Below, one piece after another: positions 10,368 through 20,623 of a DNA stretch of 62,818 nucleotides. Each line of letters opens with the position of its first letter. The first letter of the stretch is position 1. Location of the stretch: positions 1 to 62,818 of IMG/VR virus record IMGVR_UViG_3300030329_003652; one strand, given 5' to 3'. The notes under the pieces are model-generated. The model made no database searches. It had not been told where the DNA came from and worked only from the letters and a program-made list of their open reading frames with translations. The stretch comes from a virus. Lineage: Duplodnaviria > Caudoviricetes. The position numbers were made by a program, and so were the translations under genes.

Positions 10368-11474
10368 ATGAGTACATTACAAGATATAAATAATATTTTA
10401 GATTCTATAACCAAGAAGAGGACAGCTCATGGTAGTGAAAAAACTAGACTTGCAGCACAAGAGAGGGAGAGAGCAGCATTTGAAGCAGATAATCCAGAAC
10501 ATATAGGTACAAGTATTAGAGATACCAAAAATATGCCAGTACCTAAAGTAGTAAAACAACCTGCAATACCTAAACCACCTAGTCCACCTAAACCACCTAA
10601 AGAAAAGAAAGAAACTAAGGGAACTAAAGGTACAAAGGGAACTAAAGGTAAAGGAAAAGGTACAGGTAAAAAAGGTGCTAAAAAAGTAGGTACTAAAAAA
10701 GTAGGTACTAAAAAAGTAGGTACTAAAAAAATAGGTAGTTATAAAGATGATGTAGCAGCAACTAGAAGAGCAGTATTAGGTGAGAAACGAAACACAAGAG
10801 GTTCAGGTAAAATAGGTGTAGCAAGATCAGATCCATTTAGTTCAGAAGCAAGAGCTGGTGGTACAAAGAAGAGAAAAACAAGAAAGAAAAAGCGAAAAGC
10901 ATCAGGCAAAGTAGGATTAACAAAATCATTAGACTCAATTCAAGGCTTCTTACAAGCAGCAATTATATTAAAACGTGGTGCAGATGCAGGTGTTGGTGGC
11001 TATGCGACAGGGGATCAAGTAACAAGACTTACAGGTGTTAATACAAACACAGCAATGAGACAAACTAAACCTAAAGAGGGAAACATTAGAGGTACAGTAA
11101 GAGAAGTTGAAATTCCTAAGAAAGGAAAACACTCAAAATTAATTGATGCTATTAGTGATGCATCAACAATAAATCAAAGTTCTGGAAAAACAGATATTTT
11201 GTTGACTTCTGAATTAAATAAAAATTTCAATGGATTACTAGATGCCTATCAAGACAGATGGGTAAATAAACTAGAGTTCAACGCTGATGGTTCTGCTAGA
11301 AGAGGTAAAACAGGCAAAATTATTAGAAACCAAAAAGGAACTAAGAAGAACCCAGATAATAAACAAACAGATTTTCCAGTAGTGTCAGCACGAGATGCAG
11401 ATGCAGCAAATCAAGCAAAACAAAGAAGAGCAGAACTAAATCGTGAACGTGTTGTACAAGAAAAACGAGATTAA
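10368..11474 (+). CDS. highly basic K/G/T/P-rich protein, possible DNA-condensing internal head protein
   Basis: PKPP, TKG and KKVGT repeats and K/R runs. Confidence 0.5.
   Translation: MSTLQDINNILDSITKKRTAHGSEKTRLAAQERERAAFEADNPEHIGTSIRDTKNMPVPKVVKQPAIPKPPSPPKPPKEKKETKGTKGTKGTKGKGKGTGKKGAKKVGTKKVGTKKVGTKKIGSYKDDVAATRRAVLGEKRNTRGSGKIGVARSDPFSSEARAGGTKKRKTRKKKRKASGKVGLTKSLDSIQGFLQAAIILKRGADAGVGGYATGDQVTRLTGVNTNTAMRQTKPKEGNIRGTVREVEIPKKGKHSKLIDAISDASTINQSSGKTDILLTSELNKNFNGLLDAYQDRWVNKLEFNADGSARRGKTGKIIRNQKGTKKNPDNKQTDFPVVSARDADAANQAKQRRAELNRERVVQEKRD
10678..10737 (+). repeat. 15-bp tandem repeat x4 (CTAAAAAAGTAGGTA; last copy has 1 mismatch)
   Basis: Directly visible; encodes KKVGT repeats. 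Confidence 0.9.
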
Positions 11475-11512
11475 ATAAAAACCTTTAAATATCATGCATA
11501 TAAATATATGTT

Positions 11513-11635
11513 ATGAGGAAAGATGAACCTAAAAAATGTATAAATTGTGGTGCTACTTTACCTTATAGATATAAAGGAAGACAAAAAATATACTGCTCTG
11601 ATTTATGTAGAAAAAGTTATAGGAAAGAACAATAG
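11513..11635 (+). CDS. 40-aa treble-clef-like zinc finger (not in ORF track)
   Basis: CINCG...YCSDLC; TATA-like CTTTAAATA upstream. Confidence 0.65.
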   Translation: MRKDEPKKCINCGATLPYRYKGRQKIYCSDLCRKSYRKEQ

Positions 11636-11644
11636 ATTTTAAGT

Positions 11645-12001
11645 GTGAACATCTACATTGATGGTGGAACTAGAGGTTCTAGGATATGTCTTGTTGATAA
11701 TGATAAAGAGATAGTTCATGTTAGAAGAACAAAGACTGGAGACGTTCCTACAAACAATGAATTAGAATACTTAGCGTTAGAATTCGCACTTCATTATATT
11801 GCTAATAGATATAAAGGAAAGAAGATAGTCATACATTCTGACTCTAAGTTAATTGTGAATCAGATTAATGGAAAGTGGAGAGTTACTACTGAGACTTTAA
11901 AACCATTGTATGAAAAATGTATGAGGAAGATGACAGATGATATTAAAATAAAATGGATCTCAAGAAAGTTTAACCTTGCAGGTCATGTCCTTGAGAAGTA
12001 G
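11645..12001 (+). CDS. rnhA: ribonuclease HI (archaeal type)
   Basis: IYIDGG, TNNELEY, HSDSKLIVNQINGKW, WISR..NLA motifs. Confidence 0.9.
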   Translation: MNIYIDGGTRGSRICLVDNDKEIVHVRRTKTGDVPTNNELEYLALEFALHYIANRYKGKKIVIHSDSKLIVNQINGKWRVTTETLKPLYEKCMRKMTDDIKIKWISRKFNLAGHVLEK

Positions 12002-12212
12002 GCTTTCTTGGATAAGTGTCATGGCTTTCATCACTGGCTTGATTATGTTCCTTAAATGTTTCTAACATTCTTGAGAATATAGCAGCATCACTTTCATACA
12101 TTTCACCGTTCTTTGTTTTCTTTACAAGTTTAGCAAACTTTCTGAACACTTCTTTATCTTCCCACGTTATACATATTGTGGTGTGAGAGTTTCCTATTTT
12201 ACGTTTTGCCAT
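11970..12212 (-). CDS. ribbon-helix-helix-like DNA-binding protein
   Basis: TTICI strand followed by two helices (EDKEVFRKF, ESDAAIFSRML). Confidence 0.5.
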   Translation of the reverse strand: MAKRKIGNSHTTICITWEDKEVFRKFAKLVKKTKNGEMYESDAAIFSRMLETFKEHNQASDESHDTYPRKPTSQGHDLQG

Positions 12213-12248
12213 ATAAACTTTAAAACTTTAAGTTATATAAGTCTTTCC

Positions 12249-13103
12249 TTAGTAACAACCAAGTACCTTTATACCATGGTCAAACAAACAATAGTCGTCT
12301 ATCCATGGTGGTTGTGGCTTTTGATATCCATCAACACCATAAAGATAACCAAGCATGAACTTATCTGCTATTTTAATCTCAAAAACTTCATTACTATTAA
12401 TTGGTTTTAGACTTGGTGTCATTGTTGATTTCAAAAATCCATTTGGTGCATTACTTTCGTAATGACCAAGACCTAATGCATGACCAAACTCATGTAAAAC
12501 TATATTATACACAGTTTGTGAAGGAAGTTCTACTCTTTCAAGATTAATTTCAAATTTGGTTAAACCTGTTTCTGGATCTTTAAAAGCATCATCAAAATTC
12601 AAAACAATATTTGTATTATTTGCTACGTGTAGGTATGTGATAACATATGCAAATTTATGAGAACTTTTAGAAAAATCAATAGCAGTTAATCCTAAAGCAT
12701 CACTCTCTTTATCTTCATTCCACGCTTCATATGTCAAGAAGATGTTACAATGCCTATAATCATCAGGTGTTTTATTTGAATGTTGATCGTAAGGAACTGT
12801 TGGATGTATATACATACTCCAATCACCTTCTGGTAGGAACTCTTGCATTTCTAATTGCCAATCTAATACTGCTTTCCATGATTGATATTCTACATCTTTC
12901 CAATACTTAAAATCAATATGTTCTGGATTAGGTTCAAATAAACAAACCTGTGGTCTTACATCATGCCTTATACCAAGATATTCATATCTATCATTTTCTG
13001 GATATTGCCCATATGCTTGAATACTTGTTACCATTAATAAACTTGTTATTATGAGAGAGATACTTATTATTTTTAGAATTTCCATAAGATTTATAAAGAA
13101 CAC
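12249..13103 (-). CDS. secreted matrixin-like (metzincin) metalloprotease
   Basis: Signal/TM N-terminus, HEFGHALGLGH zinc motif, Met-turn STM. Confidence 0.85.
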   Translation of the reverse strand: MFFINLMEILKIISISLIITSLLMVTSIQAYGQYPENDRYEYLGIRHDVRPQVCLFEPNPEHIDFKYWKDVEYQSWKAVLDWQLEMQEFLPEGDWSMYIHPTVPYDQHSNKTPDDYRHCNIFLTYEAWNEDKESDALGLTAIDFSKSSHKFAYVITYLHVANNTNIVLNFDDAFKDPETGLTKFEINLERVELPSQTVYNIVLHEFGHALGLGHYESNAPNGFLKSTMTPSLKPINSNEVFEIKIADKFMLGYLYGVDGYQKPQPPWIDDYCLFDHGIKVLGCY

Positions 13104-13120
13104 TTGTTTATATATTTAAC

Positions 13121-13498
13121 ATGGGAACTAAAATTAAGGCAAAGTATGATGGTAACTGTAAAATCTGTGGTTCTATATGGAACGTAGGAGATGACCTTTA
13201 TTATCAGAAAACACCAAGGGCAACATGTAGTGATGAAGAATGTTTTAAAAAACAAGGTGGAACTATAAGAGATTTCGTTGTCAGAAAAGATGATGTCATA
13301 ATAACAAAGATACCTGAAGTTGATGTAGGTGATTCAGTGAAACAAGTAGCTGAAGTTCTTCAACAGTATATTGTAGTTGCACATCATTTAACAAAGTCTT
13401 TGTATCCAGAACTAGATATAAACACACATACTTTTGGACAGATACGTTCAAAAATTATTGACCAGTTGTTATACTGTACTGATATACAAAAACAATAA
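13121..13498 (+). CDS. zinc-finger protein
   Basis: AKYDGNCKICG...CSDEEC. Confidence 0.6.
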   Translation: MGTKIKAKYDGNCKICGSIWNVGDDLYYQKTPRATCSDEECFKKQGGTIRDFVVRKDDVIITKIPEVDVGDSVKQVAEVLQQYIVVAHHLTKSLYPELDINTHTFGQIRSKIIDQLLYCTDIQKQ

Positions 13499-13510
13499 TT
13501 TTTTTTTACC

Positions 13511-13545
13511 AAAGGTTTATATAACCTACTACCCTATAATATACA
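13511..13545 (+). promoter_or_regulatory. archaeal BRE/TATA promoter with leaderless start (representative of many)
   Basis: AAAGGTTTATATA ~25 nt before ATG 13546, after a T-tract. Same geometry before 13927, 35449, 39769, 43993, 44412, 47104, 53122. Confidence 0.7.
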
Positions 13546-13878
13546 ATGCATATTTCAGAAGTACTAGATATTGACACAACTTATGAAAAGTCAACACCAT
13601 TAAAAGCAGGTGATAAAATCACAGTACAAGCTTTTAAATTAAAACATGTTGACCAAGTTGATGCTGATGTCGTAGAGATCAAGACCACAGATGGAATGAG
13701 ACATTCTTTTGGTAAGGCAATTATCGGACAAGCAAAGTCAGATTATTACCAAGATGCTTTAAAGAAATGTATCGAAAAGGATTCTTCTGATGGTTTAGAT
13801 GTTTGGGTTGTTGAGAAAGAAGCAGAGGGCACTGGAAGAATGATGCTTTCTCTTTCTACATTTGAACCTAAACATTAA
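13546..13878 (+). CDS. hypothetical beta-rich protein (possible OB-fold)
   Basis: Own promoter and T-tract terminator; fold call is weak. Confidence 0.55.
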   Translation: MHISEVLDIDTTYEKSTPLKAGDKITVQAFKLKHVDQVDADVVEIKTTDGMRHSFGKAIIGQAKSDYYQDALKKCIEKDSSDGLDVWVVEKEAEGTGRMMLSLSTFEPKH

Positions 13879-13926
13879 TCCTTTTTTTTACACAAGATTT
13901 ATATTCATCTAATATAATATTATAAT

Positions 13927-14130
13927 ATGCAACAGTGTCAATCATGTTTTAGATTAAAAGAAGAAACTTGTCTTTGGAATGGTAAGGTTATGTGTAATAA
14001 ATGTGCAGCTAAATTATTAAAATATACATGGGGTGGAAAGAATCCAAAAGACTGTCCACATCCAAACTTCTTTTTCAAAGAATTTAAATATCGTTGTAGA
14101 ACATGTGGTGAATATGAAAATGAGTTGTAA
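13927..14130 (+). CDS. small Cys-rich zinc-finger protein
   Basis: CQSC, CNKC, CPH, CRTC. Confidence 0.6.
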   Translation: MQQCQSCFRLKEETCLWNGKVMCNKCAAKLLKYTWGGKNPKDCPHPNFFFKEFKYRCRTCGEYENEL

Positions 14131-14242
14131 AGAAAAGTGTGATAGATGTGGATGGGAGATGAAAAAGTTTCAAGCTTGTCATTTAATATGTCCTAATTGT
14201 GGTTCTCATCTTGACTGTTCTGATAAAGGAAGTGCATGGTAA
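14120..14242 (+). CDS. CPxCG zinc-finger microprotein
   Basis: MSCKEKCDRCGWEM...CPNCGSHLDCSD; downstream ATG preferred over the track start. Confidence 0.6.
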   Translation: MSCKEKCDRCGWEMKKFQACHLICPNCGSHLDCSDKGSAW

Positions 14243-14427
14243 TGCCTTGTAAAAATATATGTGTGACATTAAATACACGACATGTTAATGCTATTTACAA
14301 ATCAGATTATAAAAAATGTAGAACGTGTTCTATCAGTATAAAAACAAAAGAACATATCTGTCCTTGCTGTAGAAAAAAACTATCTATTAGAAGAAGACAT
14401 AACTACAAAAATAGGGTGATGAATTAA
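14236..14427 (+). CDS. CPCC zinc-finger family, copy 1
   Basis: CKNIC...CRTC...CPCC..L..RR. Confidence 0.7.
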   Translation: MVMPCKNICVTLNTRHVNAIYKSDYKKCRTCSISIKTKEHICPCCRKKLSIRRRHNYKNRVMN

Positions 14428-14969
14428 TGGAAATTAATTTTACCACAGAAAATATAGATAAAAAATTATACACTCAATTAATATTATATTATATCTATGA
14501 GCATTATCATTATACAGATTATCCTAGGCTTAGAGAACAGGATACATGGAAGATAACAATAAAAAGAACACAGGATTTTGATAAAGGATTCTATAAAGGT
14601 GCTACAAAAGAAGACCAATTAGATTATTCTATACCACATGGGGTTACAGGTCTTGGTGATATAACTTGTTACATATCTGATAATAAAAATAATATTTATA
14701 CCATGCAAAACATGAGTGTTATTTGTCATGAGTTAGCACATATGATACTAATGATATATTATCCTAATGAAATAACTAAGCAAAGGCATGATGACTTCTA
14801 TGGTAAGGTTGGAACTGATAGAAAACTATTCTCATCAGAGGTGCATGATAGAATAACTGAAGGTAAGACAAAGATTTTCAGAAGAAAGGTATCAAGATTT
14901 AAATCAATTAGTTTTATAGGTGTAGATATATCTGACTTGACAAACAGTAGGAAAAGGTTTGACAAATGA
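14427..14969 (+). CDS. HExxH zincin-like protein
   Basis: VICHELAH motif. Confidence 0.55.
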   Translation: MEINFTTENIDKKLYTQLILYYIYEHYHYTDYPRLREQDTWKITIKRTQDFDKGFYKGATKEDQLDYSIPHGVTGLGDITCYISDNKNNIYTMQNMSVICHELAHMILMIYYPNEITKQRHDDFYGKVGTDRKLFSSEVHDRITEGKTKIFRRKVSRFKSISFIGVDISDLTNSRKRFDK

Positions 14970-15231
14970 CTAAGATGGAAACACTGAGAGATTTTGAGAT
15001 GCACCTTATGTTTGGTGATGTTAAGAGAAAAAAGAAAAGGAAAAAGGTGAAAAATAAATGACTGAAAATATATACGATAGAATTATGAATATAAGAAAAC
15101 ATATGTATGGTCTTACCGTAAAAAGTGAGAATAATAAAAAAACTAATTACCAAGATTATCATGAAGCAGTATTTCCAACTGATGAAGAATTGGATATGAT
15201 ATTAAAGAGAAAAGGAATATGGTGAAAGAAT

Positions 15232-15603
15232 ATGGGTGATAAAACATGTAATCGTTGTGGCTATAAGGGCTTAGATTGGGATAAAGATTTTCATATGAAG
15301 ACTGGTAAGTGGAAACTAGATAATCATAAGAGAGCTGATGGTAAATGGTGTAACAAACCTACTGCTGTAACAATGATGAGAAGAAAACATGAATGTGAAA
15401 CATGTCCTTATTGTTTTGAGACAAGTACTTTCGGTCTATTTAATAAGGGAACTGGTGATTTAGAAAAACATATGAAAGCATATCATCCTAACAAAGAAAT
15501 ATTAACTGACTTAGATTATAAAATGATGCATGGTGGATTAAATCAATACGCATTAAAGAATTACAAATCCGATATTCATTATTCAAAATACGAGAAACGT
15601 TAA
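15232..15603 (+). CDS. double zinc-finger protein
   Basis: CNRC..H..C and C2H2 CPYC...HMKAYH. Confidence 0.6.
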   Translation: MGDKTCNRCGYKGLDWDKDFHMKTGKWKLDNHKRADGKWCNKPTAVTMMRRKHECETCPYCFETSTFGLFNKGTGDLEKHMKAYHPNKEILTDLDYKMMHGGLNQYALKNYKSDIHYSKYEKR

Positions 15604-15628
15604 TATACAGGTACATATATTATCTAAC

Positions 15629-16462
15629 ATGGTTAAACTTAGTGGGCGTTCAAAAAGTTCAAAGAGTATCTTGGTTGCAAGTGACATGCATGTTGGTTCT
15701 GCAACTGCAGTTTGTTCTGATGAACCTTATGTAACAGATTTAGATACCTCGATTAAACCTAATAAATTACAGAGAGTTTTGAATAGAGCATGGCATGATA
15801 CTATTGATGACTTGCATATGAAACCAAATCTTCTTGTAATAAATGGTGAACCTATTGATGGTGCTAACAAAAGACAGTTAGGTCAGCAATCATGGTCAAC
15901 AAATCTTGAAGACCAGATGAATGATTCTGCAAAACTCATTAAGGAAATACCATACAGTAACCTTATGTTTGTAAGGGGTTCTGGGTATCACGTTCAGGTA
16001 GATGGTACTAATTTTGAAGAAGTCTTAGCAAATAGACTTGGGGCTGCAAAGTATAAAGCATATGGTGGTGAAGGCACTACTGATTACTATGCATTTGTTA
16101 ATATTAATAATAAAATGTTTAACTTTACTCATCATGTTGGTTTCAACAAGTGGGCTGCATATAGAACAACAGCTATATCAAGAGAGATGGCAGGTATGCA
16201 TTTTGAAAACGATAAATTACATAAGACAGATGTAATAGTAAGAAGTCACGTTCATTATTTTGTTCATGTTGAATTTGTTCATAGCCATGGTGTATCTACA
16301 CCTGCTTGGAAGTTTCCTGATGCCCATCTATTTAGAGGTGGGGTAGCAGGTACTACACCAGATGTAGGAATGGTTGAGTTTATAGTTGAACCTAATGGAA
16401 AACTTCTTGTTGAAAAACACATTGCAGAACTAGACATAAAACCTTTGGTGAGACACTTTTGA
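15629..16462 (+). CDS. calcineurin-like metallophosphoesterase
   Basis: SDMHVG, NGEPIDG, GSGYH, THH, SHVH motifs. Confidence 0.8.
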   Translation: MVKLSGRSKSSKSILVASDMHVGSATAVCSDEPYVTDLDTSIKPNKLQRVLNRAWHDTIDDLHMKPNLLVINGEPIDGANKRQLGQQSWSTNLEDQMNDSAKLIKEIPYSNLMFVRGSGYHVQVDGTNFEEVLANRLGAAKYKAYGGEGTTDYYAFVNINNKMFNFTHHVGFNKWAAYRTTAISREMAGMHFENDKLHKTDVIVRSHVHYFVHVEFVHSHGVSTPAWKFPDAHLFRGGVAGTTPDVGMVEFIVEPNGKLLVEKHIAELDIKPLVRHF

Positions 16463-16722
16463 AGAAAAAATATGTCCTAACCTTAGAAGATGATGATGCA
16501 ATATATGCAGAAGAGAATCTTAGAGAAAAGATTTATAACATGATGCCTATAGGTAAAGAAACTATATCATCCTTGGTTGCAAAGTCAGTAGGTACTAACT
16601 CAAGAAGAGCATTACAACACCTCTCAGATTTAGAAGAAGATGGATACCTAGTATCAAGACTTGGGAAAGTAAGACAAGGTAAAGCCCACACACACTGCCG
16701 TATATTTAAAAGAATAAAATAA
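16459..16722 (+). CDS. winged-helix DNA-binding protein
   Basis: VAKSVG..SRRALQHLSDLEEDGYLVS pattern. Confidence 0.7.
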   Translation: MKKKYVLTLEDDDAIYAEENLREKIYNMMPIGKETISSLVAKSVGTNSRRALQHLSDLEEDGYLVSRLGKVRQGKAHTHCRIFKRIK

Positions 16723-16784
16723 TATAAATCGAAATATATTTCTTTGATACAAAAGATTAAATAGGGCTATCAATTAAAGGCTAT

Positions 16785-16913
16785 ATGTTTGTTGAAATAA
16801 TTGTTGAAGGAGTAGAACAACCATTTGTTTTACCAGTTACAAAATTATCAGGCGTTACTAAACAACTAGAAAAACGAGGAAAGAATTGGAAGTTTGGTAA
16901 AACTTTTCAATAA
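16785..16913 (+). CDS. 42-aa hypothetical protein (not in ORF track)
   Basis: MFVEIIVEGVEQPFVLP...; TATA-like element upstream and T-tract downstream. Confidence 0.5.
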   Translation: MFVEIIVEGVEQPFVLPVTKLSGVTKQLEKRGKNWKFGKTFQ

Positions 16914-16969
16914 AATCTCCATCTTTTTTTTAAGATAGACTTATATTATTGGGCTTTCTATACTAAGTA

Positions 16970-17296
16970 ATGAAATTTAATGTTGGAATAAAGTCAATCT
17001 CAATTAGCCAAGAAGCCAAGAAAGTTTTTGAAGACTTGGATACTATAAGACCAAAGCATATTTCTTTCAGTCTTATGTTAGCTATAACAGCAGATGAATA
17101 TATAAAACAGCATAAGAGAGGACTTGTTAAACTAGATGAATTTTCTACAGAGAATATATCTGCAGCAACACCAAATTTTTTCTCACCTGTTGAGAATTGG
17201 ATAGGATATTTATCAACCGTAGATTCTTCTGAAAAAATAAGAATAAAAGAGAGACTCATCCAACTACAGAATATGATGGATGGTGCTCGACTTTGA
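16970..17296 (+). CDS. RHH-like regulator upstream of MCM
   Basis: IKSISIS..AKKVF...ISFS pattern. Confidence 0.5.
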   Translation: MKFNVGIKSISISQEAKKVFEDLDTIRPKHISFSLMLAITADEYIKQHKRGLVKLDEFSTENISAATPNFFSPVENWIGYLSTVDSSEKIRIKERLIQLQNMMDGARL

Positions 17297-19263
17297 TTGA
17301 TTGTTCATCTTCATTTATCCGTGAAAAATTAATCGAGATTTTTAGTTCTAATAAATACAATTCTATAGTAACTAGCCTTAGACCTGATAGCACACTCACT
17401 ATGAATGTAATGGAAGATGATATATTTGAATTGTTTGAAGTTGAGAAAGAAGAATTCAAAGGACTGGTAAAGGAAGCAATATTTAAGATAAAATCTGAAC
17501 AATATGCTGAGGATTTAGATTCAATTAGATTCACTTTCAGAAATATTAAAGTTAATTTTGTCACAGAAGATGTAATTAAAATGCATGATCTAAATGCAAA
17601 GAATCATGAGAGAACTGTTGTCACATTTGATTGTGAAATAATAGCAGTAGAAAGAGAGAAAACATATGTTAAAAAAGCAAGTGCATACTGTCCTATATGT
17701 TATCAATCACAAGATATAGTATGTGATTATGAAAGAGACCTTAATAATTATACATGCCCTAATATTAAATGTAGAAAACATAAGTTAACTATAGGAAAGA
17801 CTGGTTTAATCACAGATAATATACAATATGTATATCTTCAGGAATTATTAAGTGATGCAAGAAATAGTGCACCTATAATATTAAGAGGTGTAACAATAGA
17901 TGAATTATCTGGTACATTATTTGTAGGTCAGAAGAAAAGAATAACTGGTCTCTATAAATCAGTAGTTAAGATGGAGAAAGATAACATAAATGAAATAGTT
18001 ATTGAAGTTATGGCAGCACAAGACTTAGAGAAAAGAAAAGAGAATTGTTTAACTGATGAAGACTTTGAGATGTTAAAATCAGAATCAAGGAAAGAAGGTT
18101 TTACAAGTAAACTGGTTGATAGTTTTGCACCTATAATTATAGGATATGATGAAATAAAATTCTCAATATTATTAATGTTAGCAGGTGGATTCTCAAAAGT
18201 TAAAAGAGGTGATATAAATATACTATTGGTTGGTGATCCATCACTTGCAAAGTCAGAATTATTAAAAGAGTGTTCAAAAATATCAACAAAGTCAATGTAC
18301 ACATCTGGTAGAGGTGCAAGTGCAGCAGGTCTTACAATAGGTCTAGTAAAAATGGATAATGGTAGTCAAGTTGCACAAGCAGGTGTCTTACCATTATGTA
18401 ATGAGGGTACAGCATGTATAGATGAGTTTGATAAGATGAACCCTAATGATAGAAGTGCAATGCATGAGGGTATGGAACAACAAACAGTATCAATAGCAAA
18501 GGCAGGTTTTAGAATGACATTACCTGCAAAGACTAGCATATTAGCTGCAGCAAACCCAAAATATGGTAAGTATGATACTAACATGACACTCATAGATAAC
18601 ATAGATATACCAGTACCATTAGTTTCAAGATTTGATTTGATATGGTTGATACGAGATAAAGTAAACTCAGCAGAAGACTCAAGGAAAGCAGAACATGTGT
18701 TGGATACATTTACTGGTCAAGATATGTCAAATAAAATATTCCTAGATAGAGAACAACTTTCATCTTACTTAGGATATGTTAAGGATTTAAAACCAACTAT
18801 AACAGAAGAAGCAAAGTCTAAACTAGCACAAATATACCAACAAATGCGTTCACTTTCAGCAAGTCATGACTCATTAGCAGTAGGAATAAGACAACTTGAA
18901 GCATTGGCTAGACTCTCTACAGCACATGCAAAACTTTTGTTTAAGAATACTGTTGACGAGAGTGATGTTTCTGCAGTTGAATTATTATTAAAACAAATGT
19001 ATGAATCACTTGGAATAAAAATGGACAGTGGTTTCACACAAGCTACATTAGTTATGGGTAAGAAAGAAACAAAAGAACAAACAGCAAATAGAATCTGGAA
19101 AGAGTGTGAAGATAATGACAAAACAGTTAAATATAAAACATTCATAACAAAATTAATGGAATCAGGATTATGGGATGATACATCTGCAAAGTCATTGTTC
19201 TCTCAATGGGAAATGAAATGTCTAATAAAACTAAAAGGTGATGGGAAATATCAGAAAACATAG
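17293..19263 (+). CDS. mcm: MCM replicative helicase
   Basis: Zn finger CPIC..CPNIKC; Walker A GDPSLAKS; SAAGLT; IDEFDKM; MEQQTVSIAKAG; AAANP; SRFD arginine finger. Confidence 0.97.
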   Translation: MIDCSSSFIREKLIEIFSSNKYNSIVTSLRPDSTLTMNVMEDDIFELFEVEKEEFKGLVKEAIFKIKSEQYAEDLDSIRFTFRNIKVNFVTEDVIKMHDLNAKNHERTVVTFDCEIIAVEREKTYVKKASAYCPICYQSQDIVCDYERDLNNYTCPNIKCRKHKLTIGKTGLITDNIQYVYLQELLSDARNSAPIILRGVTIDELSGTLFVGQKKRITGLYKSVVKMEKDNINEIVIEVMAAQDLEKRKENCLTDEDFEMLKSESRKEGFTSKLVDSFAPIIIGYDEIKFSILLMLAGGFSKVKRGDINILLVGDPSLAKSELLKECSKISTKSMYTSGRGASAAGLTIGLVKMDNGSQVAQAGVLPLCNEGTACIDEFDKMNPNDRSAMHEGMEQQTVSIAKAGFRMTLPAKTSILAAANPKYGKYDTNMTLIDNIDIPVPLVSRFDLIWLIRDKVNSAEDSRKAEHVLDTFTGQDMSNKIFLDREQLSSYLGYVKDLKPTITEEAKSKLAQIYQQMRSLSASHDSLAVGIRQLEALARLSTAHAKLLFKNTVDESDVSAVELLLKQMYESLGIKMDSGFTQATLVMGKKETKEQTANRIWKECEDNDKTVKYKTFITKLMESGLWDDTSAKSLFSQWEMKCLIKLKGDGKYQKT

Positions 19264-19274
19264 ACGAGTTAGAA

Positions 19275-20252
19275 TTGGCTGAACCTACAGCAACTTCTAT
19301 TGATTTAACTGTTGATCAATTAGATGGTGTTGGTGCAGTAACCAAGAAGAAACTAGAGTCATTTGGTATTAGAAACATCATTGATATATGTGTCCGTGGT
19401 GGAAAAGAAGTGGCAGAAATAACAGGTGTTGATAAATCAAAGGCTAACTCATGGGTGTTTAATTCACAAAAACTACTAGAAGATAATGATATGATTAGAA
19501 AATCTGACATGAGTGTTTCAGAATTACTTTCTTATCAGGAAAATCAACCAAGGTTAGAAACAAAATGTACTGAAGTTGACAACCTATTCAGTGGTGGGCT
19601 AACACCAGAATCAGTTTATGAGGTATACGGTGAGTTCGGATGTGGCAAAACACAATTCTGCTTGTCTTTATCTGCAGAGATACTTGCAAATGATGGTAAA
19701 GTAATTTGGATAGATTGTGAAGATACATTTAGACCAAGAAGATTGGCAGAAATTATGGTTGCTAGAGAGTTAGCAACTGAAGAAGATGTCATGGAAAAAC
19801 TTGACAATATAAAGTATTTCTATGCACCAAACTCTGAACAACTAATGGGAACTGTTGATTCATTATCAGAAATAATGATGGAAGATAAACCAAAACTACT
19901 TGTCTTGGATGGTTCTATAGGACAATTCCGTGAAGAATATTTGGGAAGAGGTACGTTAGCAGAAAGACAAAATCAATTAGCAAGGTTGATGACACATCTA
20001 AAAAACATATCGTTTTACTTTAAATGTGTTGTTGTGTTTACTAACCAAGTTCAAAGTGATCCAGCTATTATGTTTGGAGATCCTGTTAAGCCTATTGGTG
20101 GAAATATTGTTGCACATGCTTCAACTTACAGGGTTTACTTTAAGAAATCAGGTAAGAAAAGAATAGCAAGGATGGTAGATAGTCCAGAACATGAGATGAA
20201 AGATGCTAGTTACACATTAACTATAAAAGGAATAGAAGACGTAGAAGATTAA
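19275..20252 (+). CDS. radA: archaeal recombinase RadA
   Basis: HhH N-domain; GEFGCGKTQ; IDCEDTFRP; EYLGRGTLAERQ; KPIGGNIVAHAS; VDSP. Confidence 0.97.
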   Translation: MAEPTATSIDLTVDQLDGVGAVTKKKLESFGIRNIIDICVRGGKEVAEITGVDKSKANSWVFNSQKLLEDNDMIRKSDMSVSELLSYQENQPRLETKCTEVDNLFSGGLTPESVYEVYGEFGCGKTQFCLSLSAEILANDGKVIWIDCEDTFRPRRLAEIMVARELATEEDVMEKLDNIKYFYAPNSEQLMGTVDSLSEIMMEDKPKLLVLDGSIGQFREEYLGRGTLAERQNQLARLMTHLKNISFYFKCVVVFTNQVQSDPAIMFGDPVKPIGGNIVAHASTYRVYFKKSGKKRIARMVDSPEHEMKDASYTLTIKGIEDVED

Positions 20253-20593
20253 TGAACCCTCGTCAAAGGATGAGATACTCTAATCGAAAAGCTGTAATGT
20301 GGTTACTAAAAAATGGTTACGATGAAATCTGGTTGAAACCTCATACAAGAAGGCAAGACTTAGTATATACTAGGGGCGAATGGTATAGAGCACTTGATTT
20401 ATGGAATCTTTTTGACGGTGTATGTTTTGATGAAGATTATAATATTGTTATGTTACAAATTAAAACAAACGCATGGGCAAAAGCAAAACCACTTGAAGAC
20501 TTTGTAAAAGAACATAAGAATATAATTGTACTTTCACTTAACGTTAAAGGCGAAAAAAATAAGTGGAATGTGTTTTCTCGTGAATACAAATAG
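20252..20593 (+). CDS. Hjc-like Holliday junction resolvase / PD-(D/E)XK nuclease
   Basis: WLLKNGY, LFDGV, LQIKTN; follows radA. Confidence 0.65.
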   Translation: MNPRQRMRYSNRKAVMWLLKNGYDEIWLKPHTRRQDLVYTRGEWYRALDLWNLFDGVCFDEDYNIVMLQIKTNAWAKAKPLEDFVKEHKNIIVLSLNVKGEKNKWNVFSREYK

Positions 20594-20623
20594 ATTTATA
20601 AGAAGGTACAATATAACTATCTT

